DNA from: Felis catus
Lineage: Eukaryota
Direction: 5' to 3'
Assembly (NCBI RefSeq): GCF_018350175.1
Contig: NC_058368.1
Span: forward strand, 238,392,001 to 238,456,000
DNA: 64,000 bases
The position numbers and the translations under genes are program-made. Each line of letters begins with the position of its first letter. Position 1 is the stretch's first letter. Positions 13,820 through 25,962 of this stretch are shown piece by piece. Under the pieces are notes generated by a model, which ran no database searches, was not told the origin of the DNA, and worked only from the letters and a program-made list of their open reading frames with translations.

Positions 13820-15320
13820 CTCCAGCGGATGGCACTGCCCGGGTGGGAGACCGTGCGTCTCGGGGCAGGCCAGCTCTCGGGGTGCAGCTCGCGACCAGGA
13901 CCGGCACAGACGGACCCAGCAGCAGCGCCCGGAAACCTTTCCCTCCCGCCGCCGCCCACGGAGGTCAGGTCCCAGCGAGGGCAGACAAGCAAGAAAAGCG
14001 GCAAGAGCTGGGTCTGGGCCCGTCCCTGTGGAGCTTCGACAGAGTCGGCGCGGGCCTCTGCACGTGCGGCCCGGCTCGTCGTGTCCCTCGGGATTTGGGC
14101 TGGGCCTGGGGCTGGGGGTTGGGGGCTGCCGCAGGACGGGGCGACGTGGCGGGCCTCGCTGCGCGGGTGGGGGGGGGGGGGCGGAGGGGGGGAGGGGGGG
14201 GGCCAGGCCCGGCCTGAGGGTCCCCGCCGTCTGGCCACTGCGGGAGGGGCGCCGCCAGAACCTGGGCGCCCTTCAGGACCGACGGTCCGGGACGCCCCGC
14301 CAACCCCTGCGGGGGGGGGTGGGGGGGGGGGAAGGCGGGAGCCGAGGTCAGGCGCAGGGCGCGGGCGCGGGCGGGGCCGCCCTCCGGGCCCTCGGGGGCG
14401 GGGCTCTCGGGACGCCCCGCCCCCGTCCGCCCAGGCCTCGCCCCGCCGGCGCCCCCCGCCCGCCCGCCCCGCCCCCCGCGTCACGCCGCCGCCGGCCTGC
14501 GCCTGCGCGTCCGCCCGCCCCGGCCGCCGCGCATCCTCGGCCCGCGCCCCGCGCCCCGCGCCCCGCGCTCGCTCTGCGTCCCGCTCCGCGCCCGCTCTGC
14601 GCCCGGCGCCCGGCTCCCTGCGGCGGGCGGCGGTCATGAGGCTGCGGGCGCGCGGTCCCCGGGTCGCCCCCGCCTCCGGCGCGGGGGCCGGCGACGCGCG
14701 GCGGCTGGCGCCCCCGGGGCGGAACCCCTTCGTGCACGAGCTGCGCCTCGGCGCCCTGCGGAAGGCCCAGGTGGGTGCGCTCCCGAGCCCCTGCGGCCGG
14801 GGAGGGGGTCTCGCCGGCCTGGCCCCGCGGCCACCCCGCCGCCCCCCGCGGCCCGCGACCCCCACGCGGCCCTGCCGCTGGCCGCGCTCACCCCGTCCGC
14901 GTCCCTTCTGGCTCGCCCCCCCCCCTCCCCCCGGGCCGGGCCCCACATCCCTTCTCCCCACGCCCCCTTCCCGCCATCCCTGCATCCCCGTCGCTCTGCG
15001 CCGCGCGGTCCCCCGGTCCCGCGTCCCTTCCCGCCGCTCGCAGGCCCCACGAGGGACAGGCGCGGCCCCCCCGCCCCCGGGATGGGACTTTGTCCCTTGA
15101 TGAGCTTCTTGTGTGGGGACCTCGTGGCTCGTTCGAGTCCGCGCGAGGTGCCTTGAAGGGAGCGGCAGGATGTCCGCCTCTGCGTTTGCAAGTTGTGTTC
15201 TGCGGAGCGTGCAGGGGGGTCCCTCCGGGTTCGTCTGTAGCGGAATCGGCTTTACGTACTCTCGGTTCCGTGACGGGAGGGAACAGTGTGCAGTTTTGTT
15301 CGTGGCGCCCTCTGGTCCTG
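13820..15320 (+). promoter_or_regulatory. CpG island / TATA-less LPCAT1 promoter with GC boxes and G-runs
   Basis: Extremely high GC and CpG density, especially 14340-14900; repeated CCCGCCCC/GGGCGG; surrounds exon 1. Confidence 0.88.
14636..14770 (+). CDS. LPCAT1: LPCAT1 exon 1 coding part (MRLRARG...LRKAQ)
   Basis: gcggtcATG within the CpG island; 45 codons including PPGRNPFVHELRL; donor CAG|gtgggt. Confidence 0.96.
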
Positions 15321-15399
15321 GCTGAGGATGGGGCCTGCAGGAGGCAGTGGGGCCCCACACTGGTCCTTTTCCTTCACATCGATCCAGGGTTTCCAAGGT

Positions 15400-15910
15400 G
15401 GGCGCCCTCCCTGACCCGGTGGGGGTGCGCCCCTCCTGGCCCGGAGGGGTGCGCTTTCCCTGGCCCGGTGGGGTGCGCCCTCCCTGGCCCGGTGGGGTGC
15501 GCCCTCCCTGACCCGGTGGGGGTGCGCCCCCCCTGGCCCGGTGGGGTGCGCTTTCCCTGGCCCGGTGGGGTGCGCCCCCCAGTGGGGTGCGCCCACCTTG
15601 ATCCGGTGGGGGTGCGCCTCCCCCCTGACCCGCTGGGGGCTGGCACCCTGACCCGGTGGGGTGCGCCCTCCCTGACCCGGTGGGGGTGCGCCCCCCCTGG
15701 CCCGGTGGGGTGCGCTTTCCCTGGCCCGGTGGGGTGCGCCCTCCCTGACCCGGTGGGGGTGCGCCCCCCCTGGCCCGGTGGGGTGCGCTTTCCCTGGCCC
15801 GGTGGGGTGCGCCCCCCAGTGGGGTACGCCCACCTTGATCCGGTGGGGGTGCGCCTCCCCCTGACCCGCTGGGGGCTGGCACCCTGACCCGGTGGGGTGC
15901 GCTTCCTGGC
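15400..15910. repeat. About 24-bp GC-rich minisatellite in intron 1
   Basis: Unit ccggtggggtgcgccctccctggc; higher-order duplication of about 238 bp (cccaccttgatccgg at ~15592 and ~15829). Confidence 0.95.
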
Positions 15911-17241
15911 AGTGTTGGGCCTCTGGTTGTTCGTTGTGTTCGCGTTTCTGTAAGACTCCTCTCAGTACAGCCTTTCCTTTAACTCCAAAACCGCAATAGA
16001 AACAGGTACAGATTTAGGACTTTAGCTGTTGTCCAGTTGACGGAGAGTGTATTTTGCGCTGTGACAGAACTTTTTCGGGTGACACTTAGATTTCTTTAAT
16101 GCAAAAAGTTATTCACTTGGAACAATATCAAAGTGGAAAGTTCTTGAACCCAGTCTGAAGTTGTCGTGGGCTGCCTGCTTTTTCTCGAAGCATCCTCTAG
16201 GTGGACTTGGTTATTGTGGTGGGAGAGGGAAGGGTGGGCACGAGACTGAGGACAGAGGAGAGAAGGTCGGGTGGCATCCCTTCTGGTGACGGGAGAAAGC
16301 AGGGCCATCCCAGTCGGCTCCTGGGCCTTGTCCCTGTGTCTGTCTGGAGCCAGACGCCAGTCGCTGCCTGCCTGTGTGGTCTTTGGTCCCCCTCTGCTGC
16401 GTTCCTTGGCTCGCGGACTCTAACTCCTCGCCTGCGGTGCCCTACCCAGCTGTGAGGGGGTTAGGAGGGCAGCAGCTTCCTCTGGGCTCCTGAATGGCCC
16501 CCCCACCGGCCGACCCCCTTCGCGCCTGTGATCCATGGCTCTGAACCCTCTGAGGGCGACCCTGGGACTGAGCCCTGACTCTTCTTCCGGGTGGCTTCCA
16601 AGGCCCTGCCCCACCTGCAGCCTGACCCCTGGGCGCCAGCTGCTGTAAGCCTGCGTCTTCCTGCCTGTGCCTCCTACCTCTGCATCCCTGTCACTTTTGC
16701 AGCCTCGCCCCCATTACTGTGGACGGGACAGAGGCCAGGTCTGTCTTGTCCCAAGCTATGTGCTTACTGCTCAGGCGAGGTGCACTGTAGACACTCAGCT
16801 AGCTGTAGAGTGAGTGAACGAGCGAAGGGGGCCGGATGTAAGAGCCGAGCCAGAAATCCCCCACACCCCTCAGGCCCCGGTCGCAGGATAATGGAGCCGC
16901 CGGGCTTTGGAGCAGCTCTAGGAGCTGTTCTTTAGCGCCAGGCAGAGATTCTGGTTTTAGATGTTGGCTCACAGCTTCTGGAAGACACTCAAGAAAGAAC
17001 AGGTGAGTGGACTGTTTCAGCCCCTCAGAAAGGGAAGGTTACTTTGTATACGCCTGGTTGCGCTCTTTCAGAGGCCGTGTCAGAATATTCGCCAGAATCA
17101 TCGTGGTGTATTTATACGTTGGTGGCAGAGCTGTGGTTACTGTTCAGCTGTCCCCAGTGTGGTCTGGAGTATGTAACTTGTAAATGCTAACTTCCGAGTT
17201 TCGCTTTGCAGAAACATTTTGCTTTTCACAAAGCAGTGCTT

Positions 17242-17284
17242 TGCGAAGCTTTTTACTTCTCTGCGAAGCTTTTTACTTCTCTGC
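17242..17284. repeat. Perfect 20-bp tandem duplication
   Basis: tgcgaagctttttacttctc x2. Confidence 0.9.
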
Positions 17285-18010
17285 ACCATATTATGCAAAG
17301 GTTTCCACAGAGGAAACTAGCCTGTGCAAGCATACAAAGCCTGCCTCCCGAATCAGTAAATAAACCGATCCAGCAGTGACTGAGACAGCCAAGGGCTGCT
17401 CAGAGACTCACCTAAATTCCGAGTGAAGGGAAGGCGGTGAGGGCGCCTGCCCTCACCTGTGCCGCTGGGGAGGGGCTGTTAGTCACCTGCAGGCTAATGA
17501 CCAGGCCATCTGTCATTTAGTAGCAGATTTAGCAAGGAGCTTAAGTATCTCTTTGGGCAGAAAATAACTCGTTAAGACATGAAAACTGAATAGTACGGAA
17601 TTGGTTAGCCTCGTGGTGATTTGCTGTTTTGGGAGTCCCAAAGCGGTGTCTGTCACCTGGGTGTTGGGGGTTACTTCCTGTTGGAACCCCCAGGTGTGAG
17701 TGCACCCCACTTCCAGCTCTGATGTTTCCTCATTTCTGAACTCCTGTGACTTGGGCCAGGGTTAGGGATAGAATGTACTTCCCAGAAAGCAGTCTGGCTT
17801 CCTTTACACCTTGGAACGGAGTCCTTCATGTGAGGACACTGCGGGGTTCACCCTCTCCCAGTTGAATCCACAGAGAGCATTGCCATGAAGGCTGAACGCA
17901 GGGACAGGCTCCGACCCAGCACATTTGCAGGGAGGCGTGTGTGTAGTTTTAATTTCCCAGAGGCAGGTGATCTTTGTCTCCAAGTTCTGTCCAAATACAT
18001 GAGTTTTGAT

Positions 18011-18180
18011 GAAGGAAGGGAGGAAGGGAGGAAGGAAGGAAAGAGAAAGAAAGGAAAGGAAAGGGAAGGGAAGGAGGGAGGGAGGGAGGGAGGAAGGAAG
18101 GAAGGAAGGAAGGAAGGAAGGAAGGAAGGAAGGGAGGGAGGGAGGGAGGGAGGAAGGAAGGAAGGAAGAGGGAGGGAGGC
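18011..18180. repeat. (GGAA)n/(GGGA)n polypurine microsatellite
   Basis: Seen directly. Confidence 0.95.
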
Positions 18181-20540
18181 AGTCAGGCAGGCAAGCAGCA
18201 GGTGCCCCTGGTTTCAGCCTGCATCCCGAGTCAGGTGTGGCCCTCCTGGGGCCGGGGGTCCCACACCCCGCATACTTCCAGGCCTGGTGGCTTCCAGCTG
18301 CTTCTCTGACCTGCCAGGCTTCCGGGCACCCACCCCAATGCTCCCGCTGCCCCTCTGTCTGGGTACTCCACGCACGAGACTGCTCTGCTGAAGAGCGTGA
18401 AGGGGTGCGTAAAGGGGAGGGCAGCTTGACTCTGGTGTTCGTGAGCCGCGGGTGGCAATGGAAAGCCGGGGGGGAACGTAACATGGGAATGAGGATTTCC
18501 AGGACAGCAGGCGTCGCGTGGGAAGACACAGAGGGCCGGCTGCAGCGGGGCCCGGGGCCCCCCCAGATGCCTGGGAGTCTGAGGCTCTGGAGCGGGGCCC
18601 TGGGAGCCTGAGAGCACGGCCTCCGTTGGTGCACGTGTAGCCCAGTAAGGTGCAGCGTCCTTGCCGCTGGCCGGGCAGCACAGCCCCCGAGGCAGGGGGT
18701 GGAGGCCCCACGCCCGTCCTGGTGTCCCAGGTGAGTAGACTCCGAGGTCCCCGGACGCCCAGGCAGGCTCAGTGCCCATGAGCCCTGCCCTCGGGGACTG
18801 GCTGTCTCTCCGAATGCACCAAGAGCCGCCTGTAATCCGGTTCTCACTTTCCGGAAGGGCGAGCACATTGCACTTAACTGTGGCTAGCGTCGAGGAGTGC
18901 GGAAGGGGGTCCGGGATTGGAGAGACTTGACTTTCCATCCTGCCTGCTCTCTGGTCCTGAAACAGAGTCTTAACGTGTGTGTATGCACACACACGCAAGT
19001 ATGGACGCACACGCAAGTATGGACGCGCGCACGCAGTCGTGTTTTGCGTTCTTCTTAATTTCAGAGTACTGAACAAAGTACTGTCGGTTTTACGTCTCGT
19101 TTTAGAAAACGAAGGTTTTGTCCCTGAAACTGGCCAGTCAAGCGCCCTGTTGCAGAAGCCGGTGCTTGCCCGCCCTCTGCCCCCGCAGGCATCCGCCCAC
19201 CAGAGGCCTCGCCCCAGATGGTGGAGAAAGTCCGAGGACGTGTCCTGAGCGCTCTGTTCCTGCGAGTCTGAGCAGGACTCCCACAAATCGTGTTTCCCAG
19301 AGCTTCACCCCTACCCTGCCAGAGACCTGGGGCCTTGCTGGCACTTTGCTCCTTCACCTTCCTGCCCCCGGGGCCTTCCGCCTCTCTGACCTTCACGTCC
19401 TGGACCGAACGTCCCGTGCCCGGAGCCCGCCCCTCACAGTTTGCTGCAGTGGGTCGGGACGAGGAGTGTTTCCCACATTTCTGGTGTTCCCCACGCCTTT
19501 AGTAAGTCTGCAGATTATTTTGCAAATGAGGCCAGAGCGAAGGGTGTGTCTGAAGCGTGAGGACGGTGCTTGTGCTTCTCAGGCCCAGTCAGTCATCCTG
19601 CAGCCCTCCCTTTCACGATGGGCGGCAGCGTGACCGAGTTGCACGTTCCTGGTGTTTTGTGTTTTCCCCGTGTGGTAGCCTTGCACACTTCAGTGAGGGC
19701 ACCTCTGTTAAATGCTGCCCTTAAACGCAGACGCAGCAGTGGCACCCGCCTCTTCTAGCACGGGGTCCCCTCGGTTCCCTCACACCTGCTGATGCCCCAC
19801 GAAGCTGCCAGGGACCGGCCTGGGCAGAGCCGCCGGCTCCGTCAGTGCTCACGCGTGGGACGTGTTCCAGGTGCCTGGACACCGTGGCCTTTTTACTCCC
19901 ACCAGTCCTACTTCCATCTCAGAATCAGTGTGGTGATGTCTTTTCCCACATAAAGTCTTTCTGAAGAGCATCTTTAGCAGTGTTAATATTTGAAACCCGT
20001 AGGACGGGGGCACAGAGCCGGGCTCAGACAGAGTCCCTGAGGCCTGGAGGGCAGGTCTGCTCCACATAGAGCATGCCCAGAAGTGACCCTGCTCCAAGAC
20101 AGCCGGGAATCCCAGGCTGAGGGCCTGGTTGGGATCAGGCCCTGAATGTTCCCAGCGTAGGGCCCACAGCGGAACCCCGTCCCTGTGGCGCTAAGTCTCT
20201 CACCAGCAGGAAGGAGTTGAGTCCTTAGTCACTTCTGTGCCACGTGACTCACGAGCTCTACGTCCTCGTGGGCCCACGGAGCTCAGCAGCTCCCAAGCTC
20301 AGAGTCCCCCTCTCCCGCCCCCCCAGAGCAGCCACGGCCACTGTTGCCTCCGGCCCCCACCCCACGCCCTCCCATCCTGTCCCGGCGGCTTTTGTGTGCT
20401 GTGCCCAGGAGCGCTTGGACCAGCCCACTCCACACTTCCCCTTCCCCAGGGTACTTGGGGTAGCGAGCTCCCAGGCCCCTCTCCACCCCTGCCAGGCTTG
20501 GTGTGAGACCCACCCTCACCCTGAAAGTGTTACGGTGGGC

Positions 20541-21035
20541 CTGGAGCTCCCTGCAGCTGGGGGGTCAGAGGCAGGATCCTCCCTACATCTGAGGGAGGAC
20601 ACAGCCAGGATGTTCTGGGAGCTCCCTACATCTGGGGGATCAGAGCCAGGATCCTCCCTGCAGCTGGGGGGTCAGAGCCAGGATCCTCCCTACATCTGGG
20701 GGGACAGAGGCAGGGTCCTCCCTACATCTGGGTGGGGGGGGGGAACAGCCAGGATGCTCTGGGAGCTCCCTACATCTGGGGGATCAGAGCCAGGATCCTC
20801 CCTGCAGCTGGGGGGCCAGAGCCAGGATCCTCCCTACATCTGGGTGGTGGGGGGGAACAGCCAGGATGCTCTGGGAGCTCCCTACACCTGGGGGAACAGA
20901 GCCAGGATCGTCCCTACACCTGGGGGGACAGAGCCAGGATCCTCCCTACCTCTGGGGAGTCAGAGCCAGGATCCTCCCTACCTCTGGATGGGCAGACAGC
21001 CAGGATGCTTTGGGAGCTCCCTACAGCTGGGGGGG
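20541..21035. repeat. 32-bp minisatellite with longer variant units
   Basis: Unit cagagccaggatcctccctacatctggggg..; about 144-bp higher-order period. Confidence 0.92.
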
Positions 21036-23999
21036 GAAAGATTGTACCCTCGAGTCTCCTTGCAGCTGGAGAGGGACTCACACAGCTGGGGGCTGGAGGC
21101 GGCATGTGGTTAAGGGGCTCCCTGCAGTTGGGGGACAGGGCCTGGAGGTTTCCCAGGAGCTTCCCGCAGATGGTGCTCTGGAGCCATCATTTTGGGGAAG
21201 CCAGCTGTTGGGGGTGAGGTTGAGCGGAGATGTCCTGGGGGTGCTCGGTCTGTGAGGGGAGTGGGGTAGGAGGTGCCTGGACAGGGGTGTCTGCAGCTGG
21301 AGGCGGGGCATCGTAGGGCTCCAGGAGGGGCCCCTTGCGAGGGACTGAGGATGTGCTTGACCCTGGGCCCCACAGGCTCTGTGGATATTTGCCGAATGAT
21401 TGGAAGCCTCTGGAAATGCTTCAGCTCTTGAATTTCAAGATTCTTCTATTCAGATCCTGCCGAGGGCCCTAGAGATAAGGGATCTCCTGGGGCGCAAGGC
21501 CAGGTGTGTCTGTGGGGGTGAGCAGCTGGGGGGACCGGGTCTGTGCCTCTCAGGTGCGTCTGGCGGGGGGGCGGGAGGGGGGATTGACAGTTACCTATTT
21601 TTCTCAGTCTTCTGCCTCCCTGCCGCACGCCAGCCCTGAGGCCCCCACCGGGCAGGGCAGGTTGGTGCCCCTCGCATGTTCTCTGCCCCTCGGACTGCGC
21701 TCTGCTCTGCTCTGCTCGTGGCTGAAGCAGTCCTGACAGTGAGGCGAGCGACGGTAAGCTGCTCCCCAGGACCCTCGTGCCCCCTTCCGTGCCAGGACAC
21801 GCCCCGACCTGAGACACTGCTGTTAGGAGCTGCGGGCTGTGTCCTCGGATGGATGGACCTGACCTGAGCGTCACTTGTCAGGACTGAGCTTCAGGGCCAG
21901 GCCCTGCTGTGTCCCGGGGCAGCAGCTGTGGGAGGAGCAGATGCTTCGTGGGCAGGTTAGCTCACAGCTCCTGGTGCGGCCGGAGCACAGGGACTCAGGT
22001 GCTCATGCCCAAAGGCCCCGCTGCATTCTGACCCTGTGCTTTGCTTCTGAGCCTCCTTTGCTCCGCGGACAGGGACAGGGGCCTTCTCCGTGCTCCCTCC
22101 CTGCTCCCGCCTACTCCCTGGTTGGTTGGTCGGGTCCTGGTCCGTCCCCTTAGCCCCCTTAGGTTGGGAGAGGCACTGTGCCTCTGGGGGCAGGGCAGCC
22201 CTCCCCTCCCAGTCAGTCCCTCCCTCACCGGGATGTGCCGCCCCCTCCAGCTGTGCTCCCAGCCTGGGCTTGTACCCATCTGTGGGGGAGAGGGCTCCCG
22301 CCACCCTGTAGGTGGGAGCTCTGTGCCTGGAAAGCTCCCTTTCTGAGGACGCGTAATTACGGGGTGTCCTGGCCCCACAGGTGAGACGCCTGTGGAAACG
22401 GGTCAGTTGTCGCTGAGTTCCTCCGGTCTTTAAATAGGGATCTGGGGCCAATTCCTGCTCTGGATGTGAGCCTCGTCCCCAGAGTGGAACGTCCAGCCCA
22501 GAAATCTTACTCTTCATGGTGTTTCTGCTTCTGTCCCGCTGGTCTGTTCCTGAGCACCTGCCAAGAGAGCCAGGCCGGGGCGCTAAGTTCTCAGGGTGAC
22601 CCGGGACCCGCGAAGGGCCTCTGGCCTGCCTGGAATTTCACGTCTGGGGGGGCACAGGATTGGCATCGTGGAGCCACAGGGACCGGGGGACAGAGCTCTG
22701 GCTCTAGCTCAGGGGTCCTGAAGACCCTGAGGAAATGAGATTTTGCGTGAAACTCCGTGGGTGGGAGGGGCGAGGAGAGGCAGAGGCCAAGGGCGATTGC
22801 TGGCCATCTGAGCCGGGAGGGGCCGGCCGCGAACACCCACAACCGCCCCTCCCCCCACGCAGGGCCCTGCACTTCCTTGTCTTTCCTTAAACCCCACCAG
22901 GTAGCGGGGAGCTCTCCTGTCCCCTCCCCACCCCTGCCCCTGCCGGCAGGCAAGCCCTCTCCCCCGCCTGCTGCTGCCCGCAGGGCTGTGAGCCAGCCAG
23001 GGCTGTCCCCACTGGTGTGCATTCCGTGTGGGCGTCGGGAGCACGCTGGCTCTGGCTCGTGATAGACACTTGGCATGCGTGCGCTGGCCCAGTGAACTTG
23101 GTCTCCAGCACATGTGTTCTGCCTACTCCCAGCCCGAGCTGCTGCCCGCCCCCAGGGCTCTCTGCAGGTGCACTTGGGCTGAAACCCTGATGTGGCCCGG
23201 ACAAGAGCTCAGGGAAGCCCAGACTGGGGGGGAGACGGGGGCACACAAGGGGCCCTGGGAGCTCAGAGGTGCTCAGGTAGGAGCGGGTCTTCAGTGGAGG
23301 GGGCATCGTGCCGCTGCCCAGCAGCGTGCTCTCAGGGCTGAGCGCCAGCGGGGGAGCCTGGGCAGCTGAGGTGGCGACAGTGACAGTGACAGTGCGGCAG
23401 GGGTCCGGGGGGTCTTCCTCTCTGCCCCCAGGCCCGTCCGGTCCTTCATTCTCTTGTCTGTGCAGCAGGGACACCAAGGTCCCTGCTTTCCCAGGCCTTT
23501 CTCCACCGGCCGCTGCGTCCCTCCCCTGCCTGGGGGCCCAGCCCCTGGTGGTTTTTCCTGGGGACCTGGAGTCTCCTGATGTCCCCGAGTGCCCTGCCCG
23601 CCCCCTCGGGGCCCCCCGTGCCTCCGTCTGCTACATTCACCGGAGGCCCTGAACTGCCCTCCTGGCTGCCCGCTGACCATGCACTTGGCTTCACGCCTCT
23701 CTCGCCAGCTGGACTGTGTGTGGGCCCTGGTGCCGGGGGCCTGCACACGGGGCCCCATGAAGTGCCCGGTGCCTGGTGACAGACCAGACACGGGCCTGAG
23801 CCCCTGCAAGGCTCTGACCTGCGCCCCCGGGCCCTCAGACACTCGTCAAAGGGCAGGTGAGGAGGACCAAGTAGTGCAGATTCCCTTGGTTAGGGGTGCG
23901 TGCCCCGGGGTGCCGTGGACAGAGCAACTCTGATCCCACAGGGAACCACACAGTTGTTTGCTGCTGCCCGACGAGCCAGGCCGTCCAGTGTGTCAGGCA

Positions 24000-24001
<2 letters not shown>

Positions 24002-24049
<48 letters not shown>
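24002..24049. repeat. (GT)24 microsatellite
   Basis: Seen directly. Confidence 0.97.
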
Positions 24050-24050
<1 letters not shown>

Positions 24051-25828
24051 TGGGAAAACAGCTCTGCCGTTGGAGTGCGTTGCAGGTTGTAAACTCAAAG
24101 TGAATTACTGAAAGACTGTCCTTTTGCAGAAACTCCGGGTTGGGTGAGTGTGCTTGAGATGAGGTTTGAAAGCTCCTGGACAGACAGGACCAGGGCGCCG
24201 GACGGACAGGACCGGGGCTGCCTGTGGGTTGAGGGAAAAAGCAGGTTTTAGGAACGCTATATTTAATTTTAGGTTTGAGTGGGAGAGCTGAGAAAAAATA
24301 GCTTCTGTGTAGCGGTGAGCGTGGCCCGACAGTCACACGGCCGGACAGACGGCTTCAGAGTGAGGGACTGTGGGAGCCCAGGGGCGAGAAGACTGTCACC
24401 TGCACACATCAGCCAGGAAAGGATGGTCAGTCCGATGGGGATTTGACACCAGAGTAAACAATGACAGTGACGCAGGAGGCCCAGTGAAGACAGAGCTGTG
24501 CCTCCGACGTGACCCCCACATCCCTGCGCCGCCCCCGCCCCGGATTTCTAGCCTCGCTCCGTGTTTTGTCTTTTCGTGGAGGGGAGTCTTTGCGTGAGAG
24601 CAGCCGCGCGTGAGGACGTGGGAGCATCGCAGCACAGTTCAGGGCGCGGCTCCCTCTGTCTGCTTTCCAGTAAGGAAGCTACTGGAAGGAGGTGGTTATC
24701 CCCACCCCTGCCGTGTGCGTTTGGGGCACAGCGTGCTCCCCGTCCCCTGCTCCGTCCCCCTGTGGGGACACAGAGGGGATGTGCTTTCTGAGGTTGGCTT
24801 GCTGGGCAGGCATCTGTAGGGCGCTGGGTCCGCGTGGCCGCTCTCCTTCCGAGGCTCCGAGGCCGGGGGTTTGTGCAGGGAAGCACTGGACTGCCAGCTG
24901 ATGGCTCTCCTGTGACAGTTGCTGTACGTTTTCTAAGTTCTTTAGAAGGAAAGGTAGATGTATGTGTTTTGTTGCTGCGTCGGGGGACAGTGGCCCCAGG
25001 GGACGTGGCTCTGCGGACCGCTTCCCTCCTGGACCAGGCTCGGGGGGCGGGGGGACATTGGGCGTTGGCTTCCCAGTTTCAGAATATTCTGTCTGTTCTA
25101 AATCAGGATTTTCAAAAACAACTTGCTTTCGAATTTTGAAGTAAGTGACAGCAAAGAGAAGAGAGCGATTCCCCAGGTAGGGTTCTCCTCTGTTTATCCC
25201 ACGTTGCCCTGGCGATCTTTCTGCAGACTCCATGTGTCTCATCTCTCCTCTCCTCGTGGGAAGAGCCTGGAGCGACCCAGGCCAGCCCCCCAGGGTGCTG
25301 TGTGAGGAAACTACAAGACCCACCCCAGACGCCAGGGTGCCCTCAGCCCCTGAGCCCTGTGCAGGCTCTTTTCAGAAGATGAGCCCCCGCTAACCCCTGA
25401 GCCACCGGGCCTACCTGATGGGGCTAGCTGGTTCCCTCTCAGTGTGGCTCCCGGAACTGCAGCCCTTCGGGGACTTGGTCCTGAGGCGTCCCTTCAGCCA
25501 GTGAGCTGGGTCTCTGGGCCGGGAGCCCCCCGGTGTCCACAAGTCTGGGACTTCCCTGCTCGGCCCTGGGAGCCCGTCCTGCTGGGTGTGGGCAGGCCAC
25601 CGCTCAGATGGCACCTCACTGCCAGCTCAGGGTGCCCGTGGTCCCCCCCGAACCCTCTCCCGTGTTCACTGTATTTGTAGCACCCCCATTAATCCAGGCT
25701 CCACCATCCCCCCGGGCCTCGCTCCTTCGTGATCGTCTCCCTTCCCTGCGCTCACTGGGCTCTGTTGTTCTGGAAGAACGTGCCGTCCGAACACTGGGGT
25801 CTACCTGATGTGAAGCTGGCAGCCCTGT

Positions 25829-25962
25829 CTCCTCCCCCGGGAGCCGGTCCCCTTGGGTCTGTCCCCGAAGCTCCTCCCCCGGGAGCCGGTCCCTTCTGGT
25901 CCATCCCCGAAGCTCCTCCCCCGGGAGCTGGTCCCTTCTGGTCCATCCCCGAAGCTCCTCCC
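25829..25962. repeat. 42-bp tandem repeat, about 3 copies
   Basis: ctcctcccccgggagccggtcccttctggtccatccccgaag. Confidence 0.92.

Noticed and set aside
13709..14635. Open frame extending ~300 codons upstream of, and in frame with, the LPCAT1 ATG (463-aa ORF)
   Set aside because: Low-complexity G/P/R/A sequence across the CpG island, where stops are rare. Similarity to known LPCAT1 begins at 14636, and the upstream ATGs probably lie 5' of the TSS.
13768..15882. 704-aa minus-strand ORF
   Set aside because: Product of the GC-rich island plus the 24-bp minisatellite; no recognisable domain
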